Notes under the pieces: model-generated
What the model was told of the DNA's origin: nothing
The model's input: the letters and a program-made list of their open reading frames with translations, nothing else
Database searches by the model: none
Assembly: GCA_030704615.1 (NCBI GenBank)
Contig: CM060732.1
Location: 52,576,001-52,640,000 of the forward strand
DNA from: Takakia lepidozioides
Taxonomy: Eukaryota; Plantae; Bryophyta
DNA length: 64,000 nucleotides
Direction of reading: 5' to 3'
In this document: positions 25,271 through 39,832 of the stretch, one piece after another
How positions within the stretch are numbered: the first letter of the stretch is position 1
Layout: each line of letters begins with the position of its first letter
Program-made: the position numbers and the translations under genes

Positions 25271-28200
25271 GGTTCATGCAGGTTTCTTCTTTGGAAAGCT
25301 CTCATATCTGTTTGAGTGTTTGCATCTCTGCTGCTAATTGAATAACACAATTCGTTTAAGCTAGTGTGGATGTTGGGTCTCATTTGAAGAGTTAAGTGTG
25401 TCAGTGGATTGAAAATTGGTGCGTACATCGGAGTCAACGTAGGGTGGATTCAGTCAACCTGGTTACTTTTTTGGTGCGTGCCCGCTTGTTGGGTATTGCG
25501 GTAAAGCTTCCAGATGACACCCCTCAACCAGGGTTAGTTGTCTGGTCTGTGGTTGATGCAGCTCGTCCTCACCACCTGCATCTGGGAGATACATCATCTA
25601 AGTTTTGTTGCTCTCGTGAAAGCTTTATACATGCAAGGAATATGCTTCCAACACGTTAAAAGTACAGTGTATTGGTTGCAATTTACCTTTACTTCAAAGT
25701 TATAAACTTACAGTAAAAAGTACTGCTCCTTACTTATGCATCTATTCGTGATACAGATTGATTTCTTTGTTGGGATGGGTTTGCCTCCAGTCTTGTGCTG
25801 GCTCAAACCCATGCCCTGAAGACACAGGGCAGCATCTGAGGGGTGCCAGGTTTCTGGGCCCGCCATAGGCAGCCAACTGGAGAAATTTGAAAACTGTGGT
25901 TGCCGTGGAATCTGATTCGCAGAAGTATATGGTGAAGGCTGAAGGGAAGAAAGAGTGAGAGATGATGATGATGTTCGTCTTGGCAAAACCATGGCAAACT
26001 CCATGGCAAATCATATCATGGGAACTATGTAAGAGTTGTGGCTGTACCATGCGGTGCCTACACTAAAACCTGGAAGAGAATCTGGCCAGTTCAAATCAAA
26101 TTTCTGGGTCCCAGGCATGGCATTGGGGCAGCCACTTGACAGGTGCTTCGTCTCTCCGAAAGATGCAGTGGGTGACGGAGGACAGAGAGAGAGTCTGAAT
26201 GCCATTTGAGTTAAACTGGGTGTGTCAGGGCACGCTAAGTAGTGGTGCCTTTTTGTCTATGTGAGCCGGATGGCTATAGATAGCAGTTTTGTCCATTTGC
26301 CTTAGACTTGCTTCAGGCAGTTACATGCTCTCTAGGTTTCATTTAGAGGAGGTTTTGCAGACCAGAGTGAAAGATCTTCCAAATGTTTTCCTCATATTTT
26401 GCACAGCGGTCTTCGGCTGGATCAATCATAGCTTATCGCTCAGTACGAAATTGAAGCTGGTTCTGCAATGGTTTGGGAGTAGTTTCAGCATGTAGGATGT
26501 TGGCTTCTTGGACCAGGATACAATGCGATATGACCCCTCTTGAAATGTAAGAGGCCAAATTCTTGCCACTTCATTGAACCCGCTTACAGTAGGGCAGATG
26601 AGGTGAAAGTTTAGCCATTATGGAAGTTGAACAAATATAGGCATTTGGCACTCAACCGCTGTAACCCATGGGGGTGTGAAATGGAACTTGGCCAAGCAAT
26701 CGGTCAAGCTGCTCGTTACAAGTGAAACCTGCTAAACGCAGCTTATTTAGCTTCTTGCTTCAGTGGTCTTTGTCCTGGTCATTGTGAATTGTTTTGAAGC
26801 TCTTATGCTCTGAGAGATGCAACTTTGGGCATTTGCCAGAGAGCATTTCCTCATGATTATAAGGGTCTTGTTTCTCACTTTGAGCCACTTCATTTACTTC
26901 AGTCTGATCAATACTGCTTCTTGTGAATTAAATATAGTTTGTAAGGATTATTGTGAGGTTTCAGAGTTTTTTCAATTTGTTGTAGCCCTTGTGTCTGAGA
27001 ACAGGTCTTCCTTCCTTTATCATACTACATAAATGATCTGAGTGTAGATGAGTGCTATTCTGAGCAATTTGACAGTTACCTTCAACTATCGTTGAATGAA
27101 ATTGGGATGTTCTCAGAGACTGCCCATTCCCTATTGCAATTTCAGAAGAAGATATCCAAGGGCTTTTGCTGGGGTGCCAAAGCAATGCCACTGTAATACT
27201 CATTTTGACTCTTTTGCTCTCCTTGTCCATCATTGAGCAAATCAAAATGTATTGTGATGGACATTCAAATTGATTGAATTTGCATGCCCAAGTCCTTGCC
27301 ATATTGACTCAGCAGCAGATGAGTAAATCTTGGCCCCCCTACAGCTTCCAGACGTGTGAAGGAGGGATCTGCAAGCCCTGGTGGCAGTTGAGATATTGTT
27401 GAGATGACCATTATGTTTGAGTTGAAGTATCGTTTGCATGGGTGAGTGGGACGATAGCCCATGGCCAGAAAGAGGGAAGCTCAGTTGTTATTTGGATCTT
27501 GTCTTTCTGTTCACGGGGCAGGTCGGTAATCCCGTTGCTTTAAATAACAAATGGGGCTCTTAAGGCAGCAATGAAAAGATTTCTTTCCTATGCCTGTGAT
27601 GTGATCAGAGTGTGTTACTAATTCATGTCTGAAGTGCCTACGTGCAGGTCTGGGTGTGATGATATGGGGTTGATAGTGAAGTGCCGTCCAGTTCTGTGCT
27701 GGTCTGTCATGGTAACTTCAAGATCTGGGGTTGCTGTTTCAGGCATTACAAGGTTACTGGAGCACGCAGTCATACAAAGGCGGCTATGTTGTGTTCACAT
27801 AATTCTTCAAATGGTGAGGTATGTTTGGCTATTAAACTCTGAGCCTCAAATGCAGAGAATTCATGCATCTGTTATTGGTGTGGGTGAACACAATCAAGGG
27901 CGAAACCCTCAAAGAGTAGATACGAGAAAGTTCTGCGTTTGTGAACCACGTTGTTGTTCAATGTGAAAGTTCTCGCTACTTGTTTTCCCTTACTTTCACC
28001 TAGGGCCACCTCTCTTCTCTCTCTCTCTTTGTGCTTTGTCCAATTCAGTGGCAGGGTCTACAGCCACAAGGTACTGTATGCAGTTTCTTAAGGAGTACAT
28101 CTCTACTTGCATCTGCCGCCATGGTTAAAGGGCTCTCTCGAAAATCTGGAAGGCCAGACTCAACTTCATTCAGAAAGGTAAGTGCCATAGAGCCTTCCCC

Positions 28201-30239
28201 TGTGGTAGAGGGGGACCTTCTGCTGTCCACTACTTCATTTGTCTTTGAAAGTGCTTTGAATCTTATAGCTGTGGGTAGAGGAGAATGCTAAGCTGTGACG
28301 GTTCTGTTCTGTAGGCATGAAGTTTGATGAGGGTTGGTTGTTCCATCCAGGGTTCTGAGTTTGTCTTGACCAATGGTGTTGTTGAGTGTTAGAGTTGCTT
28401 GTGCTTTGGACACCACATCTGCTTACCTATGTCACCGGTGCTTGTCACTAACTCACATGTCTCTGAGATGTGGATTATCCTGATCTTGATGGCCTGTCCA
28501 AAGCCCTATTACGGTGTTTTATGGACAATTTTGATCCTTTTTTGTTCCACCTTAGACTCTGTTCCCCCAGTACACCTTGGATTTGAGTCGGGTTTTTTCC
28601 GAGATGGGAGGTTTCTTGGGTTGTTTTATGAATTTTGCACGATTGCCAGGATTGTTTTCGATTGCTTTCTGACTGTTCTTGGGAGCCAAGACCCGGTGGT
28701 CACTCACAGCGCAATGACGGAATCAAATGGTTGACTCTCAATTCAATTTGGGTAATACCCACCATCTTTGCGGACTCTTTTCTATGGTAAATGCAGGCTA
28801 AAACTACAATCAATAACCCTGCAACTGGGCTGTTGAGTTTGCATGTGGACAAGTGCGTCTGTGAGCGTCTTAGTGGCAGTTGCGGGAAAATAAGATTATA
28901 CCTGCAACTGAGCTTGGGGGATAAACTAAACCCTGGTGGGTGCGAACCCCACGAGAGGCTCAGGAAGGTACAGGGTATTTGACAGTAAGGCTTTGGCAAG
29001 CCAACGGTTGCAGTTAACAGCAAGAGTACTTTCTTTTCTTTTCTCAAGGTGTATGAGTTAGATCAGGCTTATCTACGTATTGGTTGTTTCTTATATTTTC
29101 CCGTTTAAGGCATTAGGTAGTTTTCGAAGTTTTGTTTCTACCAGTTAAAATGCTCCACATATATTCTCCTCGTCGCCACTCCATTCTGTAGGTGTTTCTT
29201 TGATTAGCCAAGGATTGTAATGTGTCAATGGAATGGGAGCAAATTTTGCACACTGCGTTTTCATTTGTGTTGATTGTTCACTACAAAGTGAAATCCTGAA
29301 TGTAAGTCCAGTCTATTGTTAGGAAGTGAAGCTTTGTGACAGGTTCTAATCTAAGATGTAAGATCTACGTAAGTGACAAGATGAATGCTTCTGCATGCTG
29401 ATTGATGTCTTCACTCTCAGGAGTTGCTAAGTTGCTAAAAGCTGAAGCTATTTGGTGCCCATGTATTCCAATATACAATAGGTTGTGAAGTCAGGACTCC
29501 CACTTATGTGTTGCTTATACAGGAGTAAGTCTGTCTTGCTACTTTGGACACGGTTGCCTGATGGGGATTTGTGGATAGTTGAAATTTGAATATGTTTCCC
29601 AAGCGATGACTTTTAAGTCATAGTCAGTGAATGCTGTATGTTGACTCTTCAGTCGGGTGAAGTTGGAGCACTGTCATGGTTGGTTCTTGATTGAGCTTTA
29701 TTGCTTGAACTGCCCAGTTCAATGAAAGCTTGGTTGGGCTCCAGAATGCACAGTTTCAGTTTCAAAATGCAGATAACTTTTGGAGCCTAATACTGGCCTT
29801 TCTGGAGATGGTTAAGGTCTGTGCCACCTCCTTCCTTGTATATGTGCCCAAATTGAGCATTGCTTTGTGTCGAGAATGCATGTCTGTTGGGTTGCCATTG
29901 TGTCTGACCTTCTCAAGCTGTTACGGATGTCCTTTTCTACAATGTAGTATATGTTAGACCTTGCTGGTACATCGTAAACTTGACTTGTTGAATTGGCTCT
30001 TACACAACACAATAAAAAATTGCGGGACCTTGTCCTCACGCAAGTGTCAGCCAGCTGATATTGGAGCTACGATGTAAATGTGCATTTGTCCGAGACTCAC
30101 TGTCACTCTACCTCACTTCATGGAAAGGCACAGGACACAAGTTGCAGGACATGAACATTGACTGCAAACAAGAGCGCTGCCCAAATAGAATAAATGACGT
30201 AAAGTTAAGAAGTAGGCTCCAAATGTGTTGTGGATAGTA

Positions 30240-30953
30240 CCGCACTGACCTAGCTTATTAGGCAATAATTAATTCAAAATCAAGTGCCTAATTAAATTTA
30301 GAACATTTTTGGAATGTGCTTAAAACTTGGAAAATTTTCCTGAGAAGTGCCTAATTGCTCGAAAATTGTGAAAAACACCAAAATGTCCAAATATGTGGAA
30401 AAATGCCTAAATTGTATTATTTAAAGTCCCAAAAAATGGCAAAAATGCCTGCAATATATAATTTCATGTCCACCCAACTTTCAAAGCGCCTTGCAACTAT
30501 CTCATGCAACTCATGTGAATCTTCTAAATTTGAGAGAATGTTAAGGTGAGGAACATCATCATCCTCGATATGCATGTTTGCAAGACATGGGCTCATGCTC
30601 TCAATGACACTTCCATCAAGGTAGACATCAGGAATATCCTCCATAGATATCGTTCCACTTGGGTGTCTAGGTTTGAAAACAAAGAAGATGTAAAATTGGC
30701 TGTCATTGCCTCGCATCTTGAAATGCTCGTGAAATTCCACAAAGTCTCCTACCTAAACAATTACCTAAACAATAGTTTTTGAGGGAGGTCAAATATAATT
30801 GTTCATTATTATCCAAGTTGACTGTAATATATGCCTAAAGTTTGGAAATTACCTAGGTGAGGGGCCTAAATAATAAAAACGAATCTGCCTAGTAATATTT
30901 TATTTTTATTAATTATTAGGCGCGGAAGTGCCTAATAAGCTAGGTCCGTACGG
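30240..30953. mobile_element. Non-autonomous Tc1/mariner-type element (MITE) with TIRs and TA TSD
   Basis: Left ta|ccgcactgacctagcttattaggca; right end reverse-complemented ta|ccgtacggacctagcttattaggca (25-bp TIR, 2 mismatches). TA on both sides. Confidence 0.85.
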
Positions 30954-31022
30954 TAGTTGAAGTGGAGGGTCTTTTTTAATCATGAGAACTACAATGGTTA
31001 GGTAATCGATACTCAATCAACA

Positions 31023-31090
31023 GTCGGTAGCTCAGTTGGTTAGTGCACTGAGTACCACCCAGATGATTCTGGGGTCAAATCCTGCTACTT
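31023..31090 (+). mobile_element. tRNA-derived SINE head
   Basis: A box TAGCTCAGTTGG and B-box-like GGGTCAAATCC at tRNA spacing; no clean cloverleaf. 3' end of the SINE not determined. Confidence 0.6.
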
Positions 31091-33773
31091 TGATGGGTGT
31101 GGTATCCTCTTCTCCCCCTTCCCTTGGGCGGTGTCCCATATTTGGACGCCTTCATGGCGAGGTTACTGTGAAAGAGGGGGCCTTGGATTAGATCCACAAG
31201 TGGGAAGGTGATGCCGTCAAGGTTTGGGCGGTTACCCTGGTGGCCCCATGGCAAAAACCTCTTGACTTCTCCCAAGCTCCACTAGAAAAGAGTGTATTAG
31301 TGGGCATGGTGGTTGCAAAGCTCTGTTGAGCTGCAAATTAGTCTGAGCCCTCTTCCTCTTTTTACTCTTCTTGTGCTCTTCTCATGGTCTATGAAGCCTT
31401 GAGAGATGACCATGTCTGAAACCTACTAACTATACTATAAGTATGTGCATTGAATATGCAACAGCAATTAGCTGACTTAGGCTGTTGAAAGATCCCATTG
31501 CGAGATGAGGCACCATCAGCAAATGGTGGTGTACCTCGGTTAAAATCTGAAGCAATTATCCTTTGGAGTTTGCAGGTCGAGTACATTATGCACCTCACTG
31601 CCTTCAAGGATCGACCATACAAACATGTTAACATTGAGGTGACTGACGCTATGAGATTTTTCCCGGTTGTGGAGCAGGAATCCAAATTTTGCAAAGCGAC
31701 AGGTTGTAAGGGGAAGGGTTTCAACATGCATAACATTGTGGAGATGAGAGAGAATATGTGAGAACTGGATGTATGATTAAAGTTGTTGATCATGTGCGAT
31801 AGCACTGCAAGAGACAGTGGCCAAAAATATGCCCCAGGCCGGAAAGCTGTACAGTATGCAGTGGAGATGTCCCTTCTCGAATGTAGACCATGGAGGATAT
31901 CTGTACATGTATACACCTACCTATCATACATCTATAGATCCAGCTGGATACTAATAAGTAGTTCTAAACCTCCCTGAGCCATCCATGGTCCTTTCAGGGT
32001 ACATATGTGGAAACTTTAATTCGAATTTGAGAAACCTGTTAGAGGCAATTGATGCAAGCCCTGCCCATTCGCATGATCACCAAACATATTATCAAGGAAT
32101 CTCTCGTTGATGTGGGAAGGGTGGGTAGAAGTTCATGTATATATTGTCAAACCATCATCGCTGCGACATCTCTAGAGGAGTTAAAATTCAGTGTCTCAGT
32201 TAAGTGGCTGAGCAGTATGTGAAGGGTTTATAGTTACACAGGAAACTACTTGGGATATGAACTTGAAAGAGAGGAAGTATTATCGTATTATCCAGTTATC
32301 TGCAATAATACTTAGCTGCTCTTATTACAACTGCTGAAAATTACTTATCTAAGACAATGCCTACAATCCTATGTACTGTATATATCGGACTATATTGGAC
32401 ATTGTCAGCAGGGATCCAAAGTGATTCAATTTTTGCTTGAAAGCAAAGCATCTGAAATGAAGTTGTGCATAGACCTATTTGAAAGAAATACCAGCAAGTC
32501 TACAGGCAAACAACTGAGTCGATCAGATGCTTCTGGACACCCGGAATGGGTCAGATAGAGAACTGAATCAGACTTCAGACTTAACTCCATACAAGCATCT
32601 TCATTAATCTCCGCCGAATCATGTCACATATGTATACATATCATATGGTAGTTATCAAAAAAAGAATAGCATTTGGTGTGAGCTTGTGAGGGTTTCAGAG
32701 ACAGCCGAGGTAATGATCCCATTATTTCACTGTTCACGAAACAGGGAATTAAAGGCTAAGTAGGAGCCATTTCCTATCATGTACTTATTTCAACGTAGTT
32801 AATATGTCTTCCTTGAGGTCAAACTTTTAGTCTCAGCAAATGAGACAGAAAACCTAATTGCATTGGTCAAATTTGAATCCCACTCAACAATCCGAGTTGG
32901 AACAGTTCTAGGGTTTTCAGAGACAAGATTACATTGCCAGGCCAGAAACCACTGAGCTTTCATGACAGGTGATGTTAAGTGACTGTATAGAAAAATTCTG
33001 AAATTGAGGGCATGATGCATAATCAACATGCCATAATGATGATCACATACTGATCAGAATGGCTCCACATGAATCTTGTGTTTTCTCCTCCGTGTGTAGA
33101 TATGGCTCTCTTGAAACAAATTCGTTATACCATCTCAGACCTGCATACCTGCATATTTAATGAGCAAAAGTGAAGCAATGCATGTTTTGAGACGCAATCT
33201 ACATTTTTTAACTGAGGCTCTCTGTTTCTGTATCAATGTTTTGGCATGCACAGAAGATACACATGTGGAGGTAGCCTATACTATATGCGCACACAAATGC
33301 ATGCATATGGAGGAATGTATGCGTGCATACAAATTTTAGATATGCATAGGAACAATTTTATATGCACAACACTTAAATAAGGGTACCCAAAAAAAATAAA
33401 AAATTGTGATTCATCTAATCTTAGGGTCCATAGTCAAAATATCAAAGGATGGAATAAGAATATTCCATATTCATTGTATTATTATTCCACATGGGTGAGT
33501 GTAGGAATAGGAGATGAACATGTTGCTTTTATGGCTTTCCAACATGAGAAAAAAGGTCGAAAAATTAAAAAGTGATGAGGCACGGCCCCTTGTTAGATAC
33601 AAATGGTGAAGGTACGGGCTCTTCCAATGGTGGGAGTCTAGTTTGAAGTTCAGAATGGAGCAATGCTAAGGGAATGCTAGGGAGCTTGACAATGCTAGGG
33701 AGCTTTGTTACATAGGTTTTGCAGTATCTATATATCTATCTTCTGAAACATTTTTATTTTACAAAAACATAAT

Positions 33774-33838
33774 GTCCATCAGAGATAGAACCCACAACCT
33801 ATCGGGTATCAAGCCTAGTTCATACCACTACACTACCC
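33774..33838 (-). other. Degenerate tRNA-like Pol III element
   Basis: Minus strand reads gggTAGTGTAGTGGtatg...gtgGGTTCTATCTCtg followed by a T-run (A and B boxes). Confidence 0.45.
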
Positions 33839-34205
33839 ATTCAAACTTGAAACACTAATGAAATGAAACACTAATGAGATAAAGATAGTCACCCTGTGTG
33901 TACATAACATGCCACAATACTCATAAGGGTTGATCTTACTAATGATGAAATTTGATAGTGCTGAAGTGCATGTCGAACTTGCATTAAGGTAAAGGGATCT
34001 ATGAAATGCAGTAGAGATCTATGTACAAACTATTACATAGATAAATCAAATGACAGGAAGATAACATGAAATCTGATTTCAACACCATGTCATTTGCCCC
34101 ATTTGTTTTACCTTACACTAGAGAGAAATACATGTATCATAAAAAATAACAAAAAATTCAGACTGACAATGAGGACAATGTATTGTATATGTAATTTCTA
34201 ATTAC

Positions 34206-37200
34206 CTACATAACATCATCAGCTGATACTTCATCATCCGTGTCATAAGCCTGTGATTCAAAGGCATACACATCCATGAAAGCCTCAACTCTACGCAACC
34301 TATCCACGGATTGTCCAACAATAGCTGCTCTTCGGTCAAACAAGAGATCATTGGAAAGACCTACATCACGTTGTTGATGTATTGAATGCAAAGCTTGGGA
34401 CTCGGCATACGAAGGTAGATAAAACGATGAAAGAGGACTTTGGGGTAGACTATCGTAGATGGTTCGCACAATCCCATCACTGCATCACACATACATGTAT
34501 ACTTATGTTAACAAATCAAATGGGAATGGTTTGCTTTGCAAATAATATAGAGATTGCAACAAAGGGAATGGAGGCGAGACATACTCACTAGGAAGTACTG
34601 CCGAGATGAAGACCAAGCTTGCGCGCCACCTTAGGAGCGGGGGGTTCCAACAAACTCAAAGGACGTTGAATGGTTGGAGTTACCACAGATGAAACCAAAA
34701 CGGGTTGAGTATTTTGAAGTGCAGAGAGACGTGCTGCATACAACGTCTGGTCCCCCTCAAGACCAAATATGTGACGTCCAAACTCGCGGGCAGCAATAAA
34801 TGGAGAACCTGCAGGAAAAAAACATGCAATGATGAAATTATATCGGATAACAGTTAATGATCATGAATCAGCTCAGAAGATTTTAATTACAAAATGGAGA
34901 CCAATGCAAACCTGTGCCAGCTGTGAGATCCAAAATGCGGGAGCCAGGAGGTGAGCATGTCTCCAACAACACTTGCATAAGGCGGGACTACGGTCTCGCG
35001 CACCCCTCCAGGCTTGTTGAGGAGTTTGCATGGGTAGTGCAACATCTGGAATGTGGTTGTAGATGGCATCCAACTCAACAGGGTCTGCAAGGGGGTCCAC
35101 AACTTTGCCAGACTCACGCAGTTTGAATAATCCTCCTTGCTTGGTGAGGACATGGGCGTGGAAGAACATGGTCTGTTAGACGTGCCATTTCCACAAAAAC
35201 AGTGCACCCGGATGGTTTAATAATATGTATGAGAGTAGGAAGATGAAACATCAAACAATGAGATATTGAAGAGGGATGATTTTTACCTTTCCTGTCTGAG
35301 TGTGTAGAGGGGTGGTATTGATGCAAGTATATTTCCTTGATAATACGGAAATAGAGCTGCCCCTGGAGTAAGAAAAGAGATCCAATGCAAGGAATCATCG
35401 GAGCCCTGCAAGAACACCAAGCATCCATTGTCATTCAACAGGTCATTAGCAATGGAGAATGCATACTCCCAATACCGTTTATCAAAAGCATTCCAGGGAG
35501 GAACCTGTACACCATCCAAACAGCCCTGTACAGGCATTCCTGTTGGGCAGTCCACGATGATCATGTCCACAGCCACATGCACGCTTTTTCCATCCACAAC
35601 ACTAGACCAAGTTCCTGGCAACTGCAAACAACATACAGAAAATGTAGGAGTCAATAGCCGGATGATGAGGATATAAAAACATCGAAGAATTCCTTACATT
35701 CAAGTTTGTTTGTTGGGGGAAACTCACATTTTTTAAGAACTCCATGAGCTCTTTCAAGGTCGCATCAGGAGATGTACTTGAGGCCTCCACCATATCAATG
35801 AAATGAGTAGGCATGATCTTCATGCGATACATGCTAGGTGCACCACCAGAAAATGACACTGCACTGTAAGGATGTTCGCCTGCCTTTGGCTTGTTTCCTC
35901 GAGTAGTAGGTGCAGGCACTACAACCAACTGATTTGAAGGATGTGAAGAACTACCAATAGGACCAGCAATAGAAGCCACACCTGCATTGGGGGCCACACC
36001 TGCATTGACATCCGCACCTTTTCTTTTTCGTGATTTGCGTTTTGGTACACCCACAACGGCAGGGACCACTTGGGCTACAGCGTCAGCGGCCTGTGTAGCA
36101 ATCTGTTCTGCATGCTCCAGATCAAGAACAGGGACTTCAGTGGAGATACCCCCTTCATCACTCACTGACTGCCTGCGAACACATTCCTTATGAAGTCCCA
36201 TTTCTGCATAGGGGATAGTACCCTTGGGCATATCCAAATACCAACCCCCCCCTTCCCGGTGTTCCACACCCCAATCTTCCTCAATTGCAGGTGTGTACAT
36301 GGAAGCTTGTTGAGCACCAAACTTCCAGGCCATCAGAAACTTGGGCTCAGCCTTAAGTCGATCACTCGGTACAAGCACAAATCTCATGTACCTAAAATAC
36401 AAACACATTCAAAGTTATTGTGGAGACAAATATTTATGCAACATGTTCAACAATTGAACAAGCACATTAAGAAACATGTATATCCCAATGTACTAGAAAA
36501 ATACTTGAAGCATAGACATTTTTGACTTACAAGGTGTATACACTATCCATGTACAATGTGGTATCTGAATAAAATCCGTCTCACCACCTTCTCCTCACCT
36601 GTTTGTTGTTCCCAATCATTGCCTCTGAATGGCCCCTTTGGCAATGAGAACTCTCTATGAAACAACTCATTGAAATGAGTCATCTTCCATGTATCCATGT
36701 AGTCTCCCAGACTCTCACTCTCTCCTTCCTCCAAGGCAACATGAAATTGGCCAAGCTGAGTGGTGTACAAGGCAAACTGAGCCAAGGCAACCTTGCGAAG
36801 CTGCCAGAAAATACAGTCAGTTAAATAACTATGTTAATGTGTCATCAACAAAATGAATTAATTGCATTGAGAAGATAGTGATTGTATATGTACCTGCCAC
36901 CAAAAAGTCCTTCTATTCAGCCAAGGATCAAGTGTTGGCCCACTGATAGGCCCGGGTGGAAAAAAATTACGGTCGTGAAGTGTTTGGTCTCCATTCCATA
37001 TATGTAGCCATTCCACCTTTTCTTCAGGATCCACCCGGGCGGTAGCAATGTTCACCATTTTCTCTTGGGTCATTTCCTCTGATCCTGCCTTTACACGTGA
37101 CCAATGCAGTTTAAGTTCTTGGAGAAACCCCTCTCCAAGGGTTGGATCAGCAATAGGAAGCAACTTCACAAGCTGACTCTTGTGTTGCTCCCTTGCTTTC

Positions 37201-39832
37201 AATCCAGCCTGTCTCATTGTATCTTCAAGGCCCTCTTGACTCTTTGGCCCCTCAGCAAGTTTGTAAGCTTCCCCCGCCATGCGTTGGGCCTCAACAATAT
37301 CATGCTGCCAAAAGAACCAAAACAGTTCATAACATGAACCAGAGGTGAATCTTGTCTATGGATGCAAAGAATGAAACTTGGTTAAGACATGATGTTACCT
37401 TGTACAAAATCTCTGTCATTGCATGGACTGTCAGGTTATACCAAGTCTTTCCTGCTTTCTTGATGCATTCGTCGTATTGCTCTTTCCTCAATACATTCTT
37501 CCATTCAGAGACAGGTGTAAGGCCAATCATATTGACCTTGCAAACCAAGTGCACAAATTTGGATGTAACATGTGCCCTCTCTGTTGCCCTGCACATATAA
37601 AATATGATCATTAGAAAGAAGATGTGTATATGTACATCCATTGAGCAAGAACATGACAACATTGAACATGAAAGTAAATGAAGAATAGAAAGGAAACTCA
37701 CACATTCACTCCATCCATGATGGACCTGAGGGAACCACGATTTTCAATGTCCGCATTGAGCACCCAACTTGTCACACAGACATGTCTTGACAAGTTGGCC
37801 CCATGAACTTCATTGATATAGGGATACCATGCTTGAAGCCTATGATTCCCATCCCAGACATGAAACATCTTCCCCGAAGATGATGCAACTTTGGCTTGGA
37901 CTCAAGATACTTCTCAAACTCATCATTGACTGTTTTCCAATGACTATCCCATGTAGAGATGATATCAGGACCTACATCTACAGTAGATCCATCAATCCCC
38001 TCAACAGAAACATAGAACACGGCTGCTCCTGGATGGTATCCAGAATAGAAGTCTCCTCTAAGCTTTAGGATGTCGTTGGCAAGGGCGGGCCTAACAACCT
38101 GCATAGAAATCATGCGACACAATGGAATGTCCATAACTCCATCCTCAATGAGGAGGGACCTGAAAGTTACATTCAGATCTTGTTTCTTTTCCAGAATAAT
38201 TGCCTGTTTGGCATCTAGAGAAAGAGGATCACTAGATGTTGTATCCTCTTCATACTCATCTGCCCCCCAATTCCCTGCATCAATGTCGTCAATAATGGTT
38301 GCAAGCGTCCCGGCCTCCACAACTTCAGTTGTAGTAGTAATTTCCTAATTCCATAGACCAAAACAGTTCAAGATGTCAGTGTATGAGAAGAGCACATGTG
38401 TGAATGTATAATATGTAAAAAGAACAGTTCAGTGTCATGGTTGCATGAAGAAAACAAATGAATTTGGATAGTCAACTAATTCCATGAATATCCTTGTCTT
38501 TCAAAGCTTACAACTTGGAGCAGAATACAGGCGTGAGCATCCCGACAGAGGACCTCCGACCACCTACGCCGGCGCATATGACACATATGTGCAACCAACT
38601 CAAAATTTGACAAGATTTGAGGCCCTTGAAGAAATTTTTGCTCAAGGAGCTCCAAGCATATGCGCCGGCGCATACCATGGAAGGGAGGTTGTAGCCAAAC
38701 ATACAGGAGCACCTTGAAAGATCAAACTAGGCCTATGGAAGCATGTGGAGTTGTGGAGGTGGCAACGTAGAAGCTTTGAGATACTTGAATACTGTGATCA
38801 ACCAAAATAGGGAAGGTTCCCCAAGCGTTTGCGCCGACGGAGGTGGCAGCCTCGACACTTTGGAGCTTACGTAACACAAGGAATATACAACAAAAAACCA
38901 AGCTCCAAGCATCTCCGCCGGCGGAGATGCTTGCATGAGGTTCCTGAAACCTAGGAGCTAAGCAAAAAAGATTGTGCTCAATGGGTATGCGCCGGCGGAT
39001 ATGGCAGCCCAGCCCGCTCGGAGCATCAACAACTTATGAGAATGCGGAGAAACAAAAGAGATGGAAGGGGGGGAGAACTTCCTGAAATATGTGAGCAGCC
39101 CTGCTGCACGGGTCTGTGTTGACAGAGGTGGCAGCCTTGGCGCTTTGGAGCTTCCGTAACACAGGGAATATGCAAAAAAAACCAAGCTCCAAGTGTCTCC
39201 GCCGGTGGAGACGCTTGCAGGAGGTTCCTGAAACCTATGATCTGAGCAAAAAAGAATGTACTCAATGGGTATGCGTCGGCGGATATGCCAGCGCAGCCCA
39301 CTCGGAGCATCAGCATGCGAAAAAACAAAGAAGATGGAAAAGGGGAGAACTTCCTGAAACATTTGAGCAGCCCTGCTGCACAGGTATGCGCCAGCGGATA
39401 CGCCAGCCCAACCCGCTCGGAGCATCAGCAACGTATGAGCATGCAAAAAAATAAACGGGATGAGAGTAGAGGAGCACTTCCTGAAACATGCGAGCATCCC
39501 AGCTCCAACGGTATGCGCCGGCGGAGGTGGCAGCCCAGCCCTTCCAAGCATCAGAAAAAACCAAGGGGAATGAGCTGTCTCCGCCGGCGGAGACGGTTGT
39601 GTGTATGTGTGGAGATTCGCAAACTTGTGAGACTTGAAGTGACTTAGGCATCTGCGCCGGCGGATGTGCTAGATAAGGAGCAGCTTGGTGGGGCTTATGC
39701 GATGGCGCATATGCCTAAGTGCAGGTCATGAAAAAAAACAAAACTACAGCTTACCTTCTCCGTCCGCAGCTTGCCTCTACCACCACCACCACCAGCAACG
39801 CCTCCCCCTCGAGTGTCCTTCTTCCTCCCCAT
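34206..39832 (-). pseudogene. ParB/Srx-like domain fused to a beta-class DNA N6-adenine/N4-cytosine methyltransferase; 10 exons, about 4 frameshifts
   Basis: Exons 39832-39755, 38344-37702, 37588-37399, 37304-36894, 36800-36531, 36391-~35700, 35621-35287, 35172-34912, 34808-34589, 34479-34206. Introns are GT-AG and phases agree once the frameshifts are allowed. Motifs: MFHVWDGNHRLQAW (ParB), VDMIIVDCPTG (motif IV position), LLNDNGCLVF, WRGARDRSP..MQVLLETCSPPGSRILDLTAGTG|SPFIAAREFGRHIFGLEGD (motifs X/I/II). Confidence 0.85.
38550..39720. repeat. Intronic array of CGCCGGCG-centred palindromes in ~130-290-bp direct repeats
   Basis: Perfect CGCCGGCG at 38567, 38663, 38916, 38990, 39516, 39582 and 39655. 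Single-transition variants at 38832, 39200, 39274 and 39389. Perfect 28-bp palindrome at 38906-38933. Confidence 0.92.

Noticed and set aside
26200-27850. Possible C/D or H/ACA snoRNA cluster (several TGATGA-like and CTGA boxes, short rRNA-complementary stretches)
   Set aside because: Boxes are degenerate and complementary stretches are at most ~12 nt, some needing G-U pairs. Cannot be supported without snoscan/Infernal.
31023-31090. Functional tRNA gene
   Set aside because: No consistent acceptor or anticodon stems; kept only as a SINE head.
31389-32600. Coding-like fragments
   Set aside because: Multiple stops and no recognisable domain.
38476-39651. Numerous overlapping ORFs
   Set aside because: They arise from the intronic repeats; exons 39832-39755 and 38344 onward splice in frame across this region.
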